From assembly GCF_001194135.2 (NCBI RefSeq), contig NC_068982.1, positions 77,752,976 through 77,804,142 of the forward strand: a stretch of DNA of 51,167 bases, in the 5' to 3' direction. Of the stretch, positions 12,660 through 25,307 are shown piece by piece. How positions within the stretch are numbered: the first letter of the stretch is position 1; every line of letters starts with the position of its first letter. This DNA comes from Octopus bimaculoides. Lineage: Eukaryota. The position numbers were made by a program, and so were the translations under genes. Below the pieces are notes generated by a model. It was not told the DNA's origin. It did not search any database and saw only the letters and a program-made list of their open reading frames with translations.

Positions 12660-12965
12660 TAGGCATGGGATGAAGTGGTGAGAAAGGATTTTCAGATGCT
12701 GGGCCTCACTGAGGGAATGACCGGGACTTTTGGTGATTTGCTGTACTTGAGAAGACATGTCAAGCTAAGTAAAATTGTGGCCATCCATACATACAGGCAT
12801 GTCCTTTGGAGGTGCTGGTGCCACATAAAATGCATTTGTGCTGGTGCCATGTAAAATGCATTTGTGCCCGTGCTATGTGAGTGCATCCATGCCAGTGGCA
12901 CATAAAAGTACCCAGCACACTCTGTAAAATGGTAGGCCTTAGAAAAGGCATCCAACCATAGAAAC
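12660..12965 (+). mobile_element. Older RTE-LINE 3' fragment (end of ORF plus UTR)
   Basis: tgggatgaagtggtgagaaaggattttcagatgctgggcctcac is homologous to 18283-18330. Confidence 0.75.
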
Positions 12966-14155
12966 CATGGGTTGGTCTGGAGGAATTGGCTGTGCCCTTG
13001 GCCTTCTCCATATTATTTGAGATGGATGAGACTGATGTGATTAATGTTTTCTCTGAAGCTGTGTGCATAGTTTTTGCAGGCTCTCCCAATATGGTTATGT
13101 TTGATCTAGAAGAAGGGACTGTAGTTTTGTAGGCCCTCTGAGGGTAGGTGAAATTGATATGGTTAATACTTGGTCTGGATAATACCAAATTTCACAATTT
13201 GTGCCCTATAATAGCCACATGCTACATGCAGTACTGTTGTCACCTCCCCATTCAAAATATCATTTGCTAGCTTTGTGCCTTAGAAGATGTGTGGAGGTCT
13301 TTTACTAGAAAAACAGTCAAAGGTTGGTGATTGGAAGGGCTTCCAGCTGTAAAATAATGCCTTGGGTTCAGCTGCACTTAGCCATGTCTCTTCTCTTATG
13401 GTCCTGGGAGTGAATTTGGTATATAAAAGTTGTGTTGAAGCTTGTCAGGTGTATGCCTGTGTGTGTGTCCTCATCACTTGACAACTAGTGTTGGTTTGTT
13501 TACATCCCTTTAAATTAGCTGTTCAGCACAAGAGACTGAAAGAATAAGTACCAGACATTTAAAAGAAATAAGTACGGGTGTCAATTTGTTCAACTAAACC
13601 CTTCAAGGCAGTGCCCCAGTGTGGCTGCAGGCCAGATTACTTAAACTAGTAAAAGATAAACGGTACATAAATAATGAAATAATGAACAAACAAACCTTTA
13701 TACCTGTGTGTGTTTATCTGTATAGATTTATTAATGCATATACTTGTGCTTGTTTTTCTAATCACCTTTCCTTTTACCATCGGTAAGCATTTATTGATCT
13801 GATCCTAAGAAGCATCTAAAATCTTTATCACTTCTATTTCCAGAACAGAATTTTGTTCATTTTTCTTTTTCTTCTCTATTCAAAGGATTATTATCTTCAT
13901 TTTAGATTTTATTCAGTGCAGAAATCATTACCTACTTTACTTAACTCATTTTTTTTTCTTTTTTCTTTTTTTTTTGTTTGAGCAGAGAAACTTGCCATTA
14001 TTTCTATGCCCACCTCTCCTAAAAGCTAGACATACTTAATGTTTGATTTTTGTATATTGTCTTGTTATCTCTTTTATGTTTTTATATCTCTTTTATGGTG
14101 TGGACTGGAAGGAAATACAGAACATACATTTGTATTTGTGCACATGCATGTGCTC

Positions 14156-14202
<47 letters not shown>

Positions 14203-14978
14203 TACACACACACACACACACACACACCAGTGACCCAATCAATATTTATCTTTCTGAAAAGAATGTACGAGTGGAGCTATGTAGCAAATAGCAATTTCTT
14301 ACCATCTTTTCTTGTTTGGGTAATATCTTACAATTTTCTGTAATTTCACAGACATGATGCAGTCAGTGTAGTTTATGCATGTGTGACACATGCTTGTGTG
14401 AGTGAATGTGTGTGTGTTAATTTATCTTCTGTCTTGAATGCTGGCCTCTTGGCTCATTAGTCATCTTACTGATTTAGACATATTCTGTGCATGCGTGTGT
14501 GTGTGTACATATATTTATCATCACTGTCATTTAACATCCATGTTCCATGCTGGCATGGGGTGGATGGGAACCAATTTTTCCAAGCACTGCATCAAGCTCC
14601 AATGTTAGTTTTGACTTGGCTTCTATGGTTGGATGCCCTTCCTAATGCCAACCATTTTATAGCATGAATTGTGTGTTTTTCATGCCAGCAACACTACTGA
14701 GGTTGCCATGCAGTTCACAAGATTATGGGCACTGGTGTAGGTAAGAGGTGGGGTCAGCTTCATGCTTGGAAATGATGAAGATTAACTATGAGAAAGGTTC
14801 GGCAGAGCAGGTTTCTGCAGAGGGCCCTGCATGGCTACTACATAGAAAAAAAAAGTGTGGTGGGGAAATGATCAGTGGTTGGTGCAAGACATAGATAATA
14901 GTGATAAGGTGCCCAGGTAACGCCAGGAAGCATAAGCTGAGTAGAAGTGGGTCGGTGGTTTGCAAGATTGTAAGGGAA

Positions 14979-15199
14979 TCTGGCAGAAACGTTAGCACGC
15001 CGGGCGAAATGCTAAGTGGTATTTCGTCTGCCGTTACGTTCTGAGTTCAAATTCCGCCGAAGTCGACTTTGCTTTTCATTCTTTCGGGGTCGATAAATTA
15101 AGTACCAGTTACACACTGGGTCGATGTAATCGACTTAATCCCTTTGTCTATCCTTGTTTGTCCCTTCTATGTTTAGCCCCTTGTGGGCAATAATGAAAT
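14979..15199 (+). mobile_element. Young family-A tRNA-derived SINE with a 15-bp TSD
   Basis: AAGATTGTAAGGGAA at 14964-14978 and 15200-15214. CpGs are still intact (gttagcacgccgggcgaaatgc). Confidence 0.93.
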
Positions 15200-16076
15200 A
15201 AGATTGTAAGGGAAAGTGAATGAGGAAGAGGGCTGACTGCCAAAATGGGTAGGGTTGAAGGGAGAATAAGACAAAATTTATGAGCTGGGGATAATAGAGG
15301 GATTCTGAAGGGTGGTGAATAGCAAGAGCAATAAAGTTGATACAGTTGCTGATAGTGGTGGTGGGACAAGAAAGAGTGAGGAGGAAGACGAAGACATAAT
15401 GCATGAAGGGAGGGAGTCACTGTAACAGGTATAGAACTCAAAATATAGCGCTTTCAGAACTAAATTTCGCGGAGAAGGGCTAGTCTTTTTGAGAACCTCA
15501 TACTGGCAGTTTTTGTAAGTCAGTAAGTTTGTATCATTGAACTCTGATGAATTAGTATCAAAAGGATCAAAGAGGTCTGTACACGATTACGTAATCTGTT
15601 AGAAATAGCAGCCAGTCTTCTTTAACCAGACATTACAAAACTTAAAGAAAACACATATTGGATAGTGTAGTCATACCTATCCCTATAAAGATAAGAGGGT
15701 CACAGCTGGGGCATATTTGATCATAGGTCTGCTCATTAAGGAGTGATAATGGGTTAAACAAGAACATGTGCTCTGGCCCTTTTTGAAAAATTTACCTATG
15801 ATAGACTAAAATCATATTTAAAGAAATATTTATCATTAGGTTCATACTGTAGCATTAAATGGTTAAAACACTAGCTGAACATAACTTTGTGGTGTGTGTG
15901 TGTGTGTGTGCACATGGTATATTTATTTATTTATTTATTTATATTGCTAGAAAAATAGCTGAAGTTCCAGTGATACAAAAGAACTTGTACTGTCTATTCA
16001 CATACAATATCTCATTAACTGGACCATGACTACATTGTCTAATATTGAATGCTAGTGTGTGTGTGTGTGAGCAAGT

Positions 16077-16145
<69 letters not shown>

Positions 16146-16690
16146 GAGATACTAAACAATGGTTGAGATTGAAATCAGTGGCTAAAATTACAAAGAATGT
16201 GTGATGGTATTGTGTATAGAACTAACATGTTGATTCAGTGTTAATTACACACATTAAGCCATGATGCCAAATGGAAGAGAACTATTGCTGGTTACAAGCC
16301 TACTGTTGATATATAGGTCTGAATTAATGAGGTGGTGGCATGTCTGTGTGGTAAAGAAATAGCCCTGAACTGGCCGATGCCTTGTGAGTGAATTTAGTAG
16401 ATGGAAATTGAAAGCTGATCTCTCTCTCTCTCTCTCTCTCTCTCTCCTTCTCTCTCTCACACACACATGCGCGCACACACACACACACGCACACACACGT
16501 GTGTAACTCCTTGTCTTATAAATATAATATGGACAGGCATGGCTGTATGTTTACGAAATTTGCTTCTCAACCATGTAGTTTCAGGTTCAGTTCTACTGTA
16601 TGGCATCTTGGGTAAGTGTTCTTTACTTTAGGTCCAGGCTGATCAAAGCCTTGTGAGTGGATTTGGTAGATGGAAGCTGAAAAAAGTCTG

Positions 16691-16721
<31 letters not shown>

Positions 16722-17020
16722 CATGCATATGCTTGTATCTCTTCAGTTTGACATCACATTATAGTCATAAATGAGTGTCACTATCATACACTATGTGTCT
16801 TTCATATCCACTCTACTGTGAAAATCTGTTTGGGGTTACCTCTTGGGAAACAAGTGATGGTTGCCAACAGAAATAGCATCCAGCAAGAGCAAATTTGTTT
16901 CAATGAACTCCATCCAACCTTTGCAAACATGGAAAAGTAGACATTAAAATGGTGATCTTAAATATATATATATATATATATATATGTGTATGTATGTATG
17001 TATATGTATGTATATATATT

Positions 17021-17410
17021 GTTCCTTCAGAATTGTTGACAAACTTTTCTATCTTGGTTGAAGGAACAATTCTGAAGGTAGTAGACAAGTTTGTCTACCT
17101 GGGCAGCACACTCAGCCGTTCTTGCTCCCTGGATGAGGAAATATGTTTCAGGTTGCAGAGAGCAGCTAATTCCTTCCGGTCTCTTCAGTCTCATGTCTGG
17201 TCCCAGCATGGCATAGCAAGGCAAACAAAAATTGCTGTGTACTGTGCATGTGTACTGACATCGCTCCTCTACTCACATGAGACATGGACTCTGTACAAAC
17301 GTGAGGTAAGGGTCCTTGAATGCTTTCATCAAAGATGTCTCAGGCACATTCTCAATGTTGGCTGGACCTCAAAAATTCCAGACACACAGATCCTGAGGAC
17401 AGCTGATATC
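17021..17410 (+). pseudogene. RTE-clade LINE RT/thumb fragment, family 1 (VVDKFVYLGSTLS...LLYSHETW...CLRHILNVGWTSKIPDTQIL)
   Basis: Typical RTE motifs F.YLGS, LLY..ETW and H.RCLR.IL.I.W. Confidence 0.9.
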
Positions 17411-17426
17411 CTGAGGACACACAGAT

Positions 17427-18819
17427 CCTGGGAACTCCTTTATGCTGATGACCTTGTTCTGATAGCTGAATCACTACCAGAACTAGAGAAGAAGTTTCAG
17501 GTGTGGAAGCAATGTCTAGAATCGAAGGACCTTAAAATCAATCTAGCAAAAACCAAAGTCTTAGTAAGTAGGAAGGCAGACAAATTATAAACCCCTTCAT
17601 GTAGATAGCCCTGCTTGATCTGTAGAAAAGGTGTAGGTAGAAACTCCATAAGATGTACGTGGTGTAAGCTATGGACACATAAGAGGTGCAGCAATATCAA
17701 AGGAAAGCTAACTGGGAAGATAGTTTTTGTCTGTTGCAGATGCACAGGTGCAATAAACACTGAAGATGTACAGAAAACAGGTTCCATCGCACTTCAGGGT
17801 TAAAAACTAGTAGTTGATGGCTTCCGTTACCTAGGTGACCAAGTCAGTAGTGGGAGTGGATGCTCTGAGAATGTAGCTGCCAGAATAAGAATAGCCTGGG
17901 CAAAGTCCAGAGAGATCCTACCTCTGCTGGTAACTAAGAGCCTCTCACTCAGAGTGAAAGGTAGACTGTATGATTCATCTGTGTGAACAGCCATGCTACA
18001 CAGCAGGGAAACATGGGCTGTGACTGCTGAGGGCATGCATAGGCTTGAAAGAAATGAAGTTAGTTTGCTCCACTGGATGTGTAATGTCAGTGTGCTTACA
18101 GGACAGAGTGTAAGCGCCCTGAGAGAAAAGTTAGATGTAAGAAGCATCAGATGTCATGTGCAAGAGAGACGACTGCACTGGTATGGTCATCTGTTGCATA
18201 TGGATAAGGACAGCTATGTGAAGAAGTGTCACACCCTAACAGTGGAGGGAACCTGTGGAAGAGGTAGACCCAAGAAGATATGCGATTAGGTGGTGAAGCA
18301 CGACCTTTGAATGTTGGGCTTCACAGAGGCAATAGGTGATGAAGACCTTTGGAGATATGCTGTGTTTGAGAAGACCCAGCAAGCCAAGTGAGATCATAGC
18401 TGTGGCCGATGCCAGTGTTGCATAACCGGTCCGTTTAAAAATACCCTTCAATTGTTGGGCAATATGCTATTCTTGAGAAGACCTGTTGAGTCAAATGAAA
18501 TCATAGTTGTGGCCAATGTCAGTGCTGCCTGACTGGCACCTTTGCTGGTGGCATGTAAAAAGCACCATTCGAGTGTGGCTGACGCCAGTGCTGGTGGCAC
18601 ATAAAAAGCACCATTTGAGCGTGGTCGATGCCAGTGCTGCCTGACCAGTCCCCATGCTGGTGGCAAGTAAAAAGCACCCACTACATTCTCAGAATGGTTG
18701 GCATTAGGAAGGGCATTCAGCTGGAGCCTAGTGCAGCCTCCTGGCTTGCCAGTCCTCAGTCAAACTGTCCAACTCATGCCAGCATAGAAAGTGGACATTA
18801 AACAATGATGATGATGATA
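17427..18819 (+). mobile_element. 5'-truncated RTE-clade LINE, family 2 (YADD through a Cys/His finger insert, thumb, 3' UTR and GAT tail); inactivated
   Basis: WELLYADDLV (YADD at 17441-52), C..CRKGVGRNSIRCTWCKLWTHKRC..CCRC, FRYLGD, RLHWYGH, GRGRPKK. In-frame stops are present. The tail gatgatgat ends near 18819. Confidence 0.93.
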
Positions 18820-18922
18820 ACACACATACATACATACATACACATATATACAAACATGCCTGCACACACACACGCACATATACTGTTTCTGTTCTAGTGT
18901 CTATAGAAAATGCATAAACGTA

Positions 18923-20134
18923 TCAGATCATTAAGAATGAAATGTCCGATTTTCTTATGCACCAAGTTTGACATGTTTTTCCTGACAATTCTTTGTTTTA
19001 CAACATTGTAGAGTTACATCATCACTTTTTGAAATGCAGTTCATGGTGTGTAATTATATTGTGAGTTTTCTCTTGTAAATCAGTTTTTGTGAACACATAG
19101 ATAGATAAAAAATTTGTGTTGTTTATAAATATGAGTTCCACTGTAGAACCAATGCATCCCAGACAGCTCGAAACATCAATGAGTTGTTTGGTGAAGATGT
19201 GGTGAGTGCACTGTATGTTGATGGTTTGAGATGTTCTGGTCTGGTGACTTTACTCTTGAAAATCAGCCCCGTGGTAGACCTGAGACCAAGGTGGATCATG
19301 ATGAGCTGGAAACTGTAGTGGAAGCAGATATATCTCAAACTACGCATGAGTCAGCAGCAAGGTTTTATGTTTTGATTCCAACTGTATTGGACCGTGTGAA
19401 ACAAATCAGTGTGGTAAAGAAGCTGGACAAGTGGGTACCACACAAACTGAACGAGCATCAAATGACACATCGTCTTGAAATTTGCTGTTCTTTGCTGTCA
19501 TGACATAAAAGCAAACCACTTTTGCATCGTATTGTTACGTGTGATGAAAAATGGATTCTTTTCAACAATAGGAATTGTTCTGCACAGTGGTTGGATGAAG
19601 TACCAAAACACAGTCCAAAATAATATTCACCAAAAAAAGCTGTTGGCTGGTCCAATGCTGGTGTCATCCACTACAGCTTCATGAGACCTGACAAGTCAAT
19701 TACAGTGGATGTATATATCAACCAATTGGTTGATATGATGAGTGAACTTGCAATTAAACAACCGAGATTGTAAGACAATGCTCGACCACATGTTGCACAA
19801 AGGATGCTACTCAAGATACAGGAACTGAACTTGGAAGTACTCTGTGATCCACCATATTCACCAGACCTTGCACCAACTATCATGTTATCCAGGCATTAAA
19901 CAACTTTTTGCAAGGAAAAATCTTCAAATATGAAGAAGATGCAAAAACAGCCTTTTGTGATTTCATGACCTTGCTCTCCAGAATTCTTCGCTGCTGGCAT
20001 AAATAAGCTACCGATAAAATGGCAAAATTGTGTTAATTTAGGTGCATACTTTGATTAACTGCATTGCTTTTTGTTGAGATAAAGTAAAATAAACTTTCAG
20101 CTCAAAATTGGACATTTCATACTTAATGACCTGA
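18923..20134 (+). mobile_element. mariner DNA transposon, near full length with a dead transposase (Hsmar1/cecropia-like)
   Basis: TIRs of about 31 bp (tcagatcattaagaatgaaatgtccgatttt versus aaaattggacatttcatacttaatgacctga) with TA on both sides. Motifs KKLDKWVPH, RIVTCDEKW, DNARPH, HPPYSPDLAP. Frameshifts and small deletions. Confidence 0.95.
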
Positions 20135-20227
20135 TAATAAGTCCCATTCTCAGATCCTTGAAGAGAGTTGAGCTGATACAACCCATTGATGGATACTTCT
20201 GTATATCAGTAGTTGGGCAATTGGTTT

Positions 20228-20435
20228 TAGTATTCAGATTACTCTGTCAAATGTTATGTTTATTTATTCACATTGCTTTGAATTAATCATGCAGTATCTT
20301 GCAGCTTCACGATTTTGATGGTATGATTGTTAATTTTTAGAATGATGTTGTAGGGTAGGTGTGAGAGACTGAATCTGGCTGGTTTGAACATAAAACAAGT
20401 AGAATATTTAGGCTGGTTTAAATGCTAGTGAGTTA
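20228..20435. mobile_element. piggyBac-type MITE family B copy (decayed ends)
   Basis: Internal sequence ttcagattactctgtcaaatg...tttgaacataaaacaagtagaatattt shared with the other copies. Confidence 0.75.
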
Positions 20436-20594
20436 ATAAACAAAATAAATAAATATCCCTACCTATATATACGTGTATGTTTGTGTATATGTGTGCATGT
20501 GTGTGTGAATGTATGCCAGTATACATTTATGTACATTTGCAACTAAAATGCTATACCAGGCAAAGACATTACTCTTCATGTGTTTCTCTTGTAG

Positions 20595-20787
20595 TGAAAC
20601 AAGAAGATGGCTATTGATATCAGCTCAGGCAGGTTTGCACCGTGAATATAGAGAAGAACTGAATCACCTAGCGCGCGGAGATGGACGTCTTTTGTTGCTC
20701 GATCGTTGTCAGAGTGATGAGAAACCTTCTAATTTCTCTCAGAGATGCCGGGAATCTGTTGTCTACAAATATCCTGAAGTTTTACAG
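20595..20787 (+). CDS. EXT2: Exostosin-2 internal exon (first one in the window; GT47 region, ETRRWLLISAQAGLHREYREEL...YKYPEVLQ)
   Basis: Acceptor tctcttgtAG at 20593-94 and donor cag|GTtatt at 20788. 193 nt, phase 2 to 0. Translation matches recalled human EXT2 exon 5 (YFLLSSQVGLHPEYREDL...FDYPQVLQ). Confidence 0.95.
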
Positions 20788-21745
20788 GTTATTATTCATC
20801 ATCTAAATTCTTATTTTATTTTATTTTGTTTTGTTTTTCTGTTGTTGTTTATTAATTAAGTTTTGAATTATTTTGCAAGAATTGTGATCTGAACTGTTGA
20901 AACCAATATTTGTTATATTAGGCAGAGTCATAATTAATAAAGCCTATAAACACCCTCACCAATTGTTGCTTGTCTATATTTCACTTCTCTATTTCAAAGT
21001 AGTTGATGTTTGTTTATGTCCTCAAAAATATTTTTCACTACAAACATCAAATGTTTTGAAAAAGTAAGAGAAATGAAATATACTCAAGCAACAACTGTTA
21101 AGTGTGCCTGTAGACTTTATCACTTCCAAAATATAACATCAGTTCAGTGTTTTTTTTAATAATTCCATATAGTTCTTTACTTGGCTTTAGCTATCATAAT
21201 TCAGTAAATCTATTCATTTTGCCATATTGTTGTTTGTGACCCCTTTTTACTTATAACCACTTAGTGGATTTTCTGATAATAGCTGGACAGCTGAATGGCA
21301 GACCAAACCTTGTCAGTATATATAGGTTGAACAAAATCTTCAGTATCCTTGCATTAGCACTAAAACAGCAACACAACAGTGTCAGTGTGATGAGAATCAA
21401 ACCGCCTAAATTCTCTTTAAATATATATTTATATTCATTTCATAAAGTGTTGACATTTTTGTCATACAACTGCAGTTGTGCAATGAAAATTTTGACATCC
21501 CATGGAATAAAAATAAATTTAAAGAGAATTTAACAGCTTTGTTTTAGGTAGGGCATTCAGCCATAGAAACCATGCCAAACTCGACACTGGAGCACAATGC
21601 ATTCCTTGGACCCATCTGATCCTGTTAAACTGTCCAATCTATGCTAAGATGGAACATCGATGTTAAATGATAATGATGATGTTGTATTATGAAACAGCTA
21701 GAATAGGCTCTTCTACAATATAGCTGCTTCAGTTTCAACACAGTC

Positions 21746-21972
21746 ATCATCGTTCATCGTCGTTTAACATCCGCTTTCCATGCTAGCATGGGTTGGACGA
21801 TTTGACTGAGGACTGGTGAACCAGATGGCTACACCAGGCTCCAATCTGATTTGGCAGAGTTTCTACAGCTGGATGCCCTTCCTAACGCCAACCACTCCGA
21901 GAGTGTAGTGGGTGCTTCTATGTGCCACCAGCACGAAGGCCAGTCAGGCGGTACTGGCAACGGCCACACTCT
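21746..21972 (-). mobile_element. Young RTE-LINE 3' end, antisense to EXT2
   Basis: Near-identical reverse complement of about 9415-9630. Confidence 0.92.
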
Positions 21973-22743
21973 CAGATCAAATCATTTGCTAAACAACTAC
22001 AACTGTGAAACTTTTATGTTTTGCTTTTCTCTATTAATTACTACATTTTTTTTTCTCTTCTTAATTCTTTTTATGTTTTCCTCCCAACTAACTACCCTTA
22101 TATTTGCTTTGTTTTGGCCTTACAGACCATATTTATATACATTTTATGTTGATTCTTCCCACTCTGCTGCATATTTGCTGGTAATTAATTGGTATTTTAG
22201 TTGTACATATTTCTGTAAATGCAATACCTGGATACATCACAAGTGTTATAACATGATGTTATTGGGTGTTTCATGTATGTACTTTCATACATGAACAGCA
22301 TGTACTTTCATTCAGGTGACCCAATCTATTTTAATCAAATCTACACCTGTATCCAAGTGGCACTCTACTGATCTCACTGGTCACAAATATTTGTTATATT
22401 TTTTAAGGTCTGTCATGAGACCTAAGGTTAGAGCTTAACCCTATTTCTCTAGATTACATCACTTCCTCCTGAACAGAATGCTGGTCTGTCAAAAGTTAAC
22501 TTTTCAGCTATTATTTCAACTCATTTACTGCTGAATGTAGTGGAACAATAGGAAATGAAGTATTTTGCACAAGAACACAATGCACCGCCCAGTCCAGGAA
22601 TCAAAAATTATGATCTTCGTGCAACACTCTAACCATTAGGCCACACACCTTCAGATTTCTTGGCTACAACCATTCAAATGCTTTCTCTGTGACATCTACA
22701 TTGTTCTTGATGGCTCCTCTGTTCATTTCTGCTCAGAATTTAA

Positions 22744-22961
22744 CCCTTTAGAATTCAGATTACTCTGTCAAGTGCAGTTCGTATTTATTCACATTGTTTT
22801 CGATCATGTTATTATCTCTTAGCTTTGAGAGTTTAATGATATGATTGAATATTTTTAGAATGACATTGTAGGATAGATGTGAGAGGCCAGATCTGGTTGG
22901 TTTGACATAAAACAAGTAGAATATTTTGTTTGGATATGGTTGGTTAAAATATGCTAAAGGT
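22744..22961. mobile_element. piggyBac-type MITE family B
   Basis: TTAA|CCCTTTAG...ATGCTAAAGGT|TTAA. Confidence 0.8.
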
Positions 22962-24349
22962 TTAATAAGGAAAATGATTATTTTTTCCACTTTTTAGTTA
23001 ATTACTACCTAATTGGTCAAAGGTTCAAGTCATGTCATTGCCATTACAGTGTGACATTAGACAAAGGACATTGTTCTTCTTGATTCGGCTAACCCTGCTG
23101 AAGAATAATTAATGGTTTAATCCCTCTAATTACATATATCAAGATGTCAGCCACATTTTGTACCAATTCTTGGACTACACCTGAATTTACAGGACCAAAT
23201 TATGTTGAAAACCTGAGAATACTTGTTAACTGCAGCATTGTTTTAGTTTGGTTTCTATAGATTTAAAAATACCAGATGTGAAGCTATATCTGAACATACA
23301 GACGCACATGTGCATCCACCCACATGCACACACCTACTGGCAATGTATAAAACTGGTGTTATTAGCATATGTTCAGATAAGTATTTATCAAAAATTTTGG
23401 GGGTCATGCTGGAGCAGTGTTTTTGTTAAAAAGGGAAAAAAAATCTCAAATGTAATTATATTGTCAATGAAATATATACATATATATAGTTCAAATTTAC
23501 AGAAAACGAAAGACAAAGACAGGTGTAGGAACAACAAGCAGGTGTTATAGTTTAACACTGGGGGGAAAATGGGAAAGTCTTTTACGTTTCAAGCCTACGC
23601 TCTTCAACAGAAAGGATAACAAGGGAAAAAAATGGAGTGAGAATGAAAAAAACAGAGAGAGAAAAAAACGTGCAGTGTTCATATATATGTGTGTGTGTCT
23701 ATAAAATTATCATTTATATATTCTACTATAGCTTACTCACTTTTTCATTGTAGTGTTATCAATATTCTTAAAGGTTACAAGTTAGCAGAGTTATTAGAGC
23801 ATGGGACAAAATGCATTACAGTATGTATTCTGGTATCTTGCATTCAGGTTCAAATCCTGCCAAAGTCAATTTTGACTTTAGTCCCTCCAAGATCAGTAAA
23901 TAAAGTACCAGTTTCAGGTGGTGAACTAGTAGTCTTCAGAATATTGGACAAGTTCCTTTTGATATTTGTTTTAGCTCTTTATGATCTAAGTTCAAATACT
24001 GCTATGACCTACCTGGGTGGTAGACTTAATCTATCAACCAATTTTACATCACCATCTAGCACTGTGGTGGACTTCACTCTGTTGCAAACATTTGGACCAG
24101 GTCTTCAGTTTGAGGATACCTTCCTCCCTCTGACTCACCAGTCTCAGAAGCCCTGTAAAGGTTCATGGGTACTGCCTCCTGCCTGACTAAAAGATAAAAC
24201 AAATAAAAGAAAGCTTTTGTAAAGATCTTTTATTGATTCTTTTTTGATTATTTCCTTTCTCTCTGCCTTGTGGTTAGGAAAGAAGTCACTTTGTATTTTT
24301 GTGGTTGTTTTTCATTGTATTTTGCATTAATTATAACAATAACAACAAT

Positions 24350-24540
24350 CCTTTCTATTATAGGCACAAGGCTTGAAATTTTGAGGGGCAGGTACTAGTT
24401 GATTACTTTGACTCCAATGTTCGACTTTCATTGACCCCAAAGAGATGAAAGGCAAAGTTGACCTTGGCAGAATTTGAACTGAGAACAAAGTGGAATGAAA
24501 TGCCACTAAGCTAATGCTTCTGCCAACTTGCCACCCCACC
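24350..24540 (-). mobile_element. Family-A SINE, antisense
   Basis: Reverse complement of the SINE core: gatgaaaggcaaagttgaccttggcagaatttgaactgagaac. Confidence 0.85.
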
Positions 24541-24570
<30 letters not shown>

Positions 24571-24574
<4 letters not shown>

Positions 24575-25088
24575 GCCCTGATGCAGTACAAGGCAGTGGC
24601 TCTCATGGCTTTTGAACTCAACTGAAGTGTTATTGTGTACATTGTTTTGTCTTGGTATAAAAGATGGGCTACAGCAGATATTCTACTCAATACCACAGAT
24701 TTGCTTGTCAGTTGTTTGACCATACCCAGTTGAGCTTGTCCCTTGGTGGCTGACGATATGTGCATCTGTAATCATGAGCAGAAGTAGTGGGGGAGCATCA
24801 TAGCCATGTGTTGAGAGGAATTCTTTAGGGTTTGAATAATTCACTTCTGGAAACATGGGTGTTTTGTTCATTGTCCTTAAAATAAACCTTATTGAGGGAC
24901 CTTTTGAGTGGGATGGGCTACTTGGACTGAAGAAAATTCTAACTGGGCCCCACCTGCAAGGTCATGTACTGTTTAACTTGAATTGAGATCACCATGTCGT
25001 GCACACGTGGTTGTGTACCCTTACCAGATGGATAATCGTACATTTGTACCCCAGTGTCACTTTGATGGCATGCGTTACTTCCTCACTC

Positions 25089-25126
<38 letters not shown>

Positions 25127-25140
25127 CAGCAATAATAATA
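24571..25140 (+). mobile_element. About 570-bp non-LTR-type element embedded in (AAT)n, copy 1
   Basis: Flanked on both sides by (AAT)n. Collinear with 50041-50680, sharing both the 5' start and the ctcactcaataat 3' end. Confidence 0.85.
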
Positions 25141-25167
25141 ATGTCTATTAACTGTTTCACTTTTCAG

Positions 25168-25307
25168 AATGCTACATTCTGTCTGGTTATTCGTCGGGCT
25201 CGTTTGGGCCAGTCAGCATTCAGTGATGCCTTAAAAGCTGGTTGCATCCCTGTTACTGTTGCTGATGGTTATGTATTACCATTTTCTGAAGTACTTGACT
25301 GGAAAAG
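25168..25307 (+). CDS. EXT2: Exostosin-2 exon ([47 protein letters not shown])
   Basis: ttttcAG acceptor and aag|GTatt donor. 140 nt, phase 0 to 2. Carries the exostosin motif [17 protein letters not shown]. Confidence 0.98.

Noticed and set aside
14979-15199. tRNA genes at SINE heads
   Set aside because: The A/B-box-like motifs run into SINE core and tail, and there is a TSD. I could not form a cloverleaf by eye.
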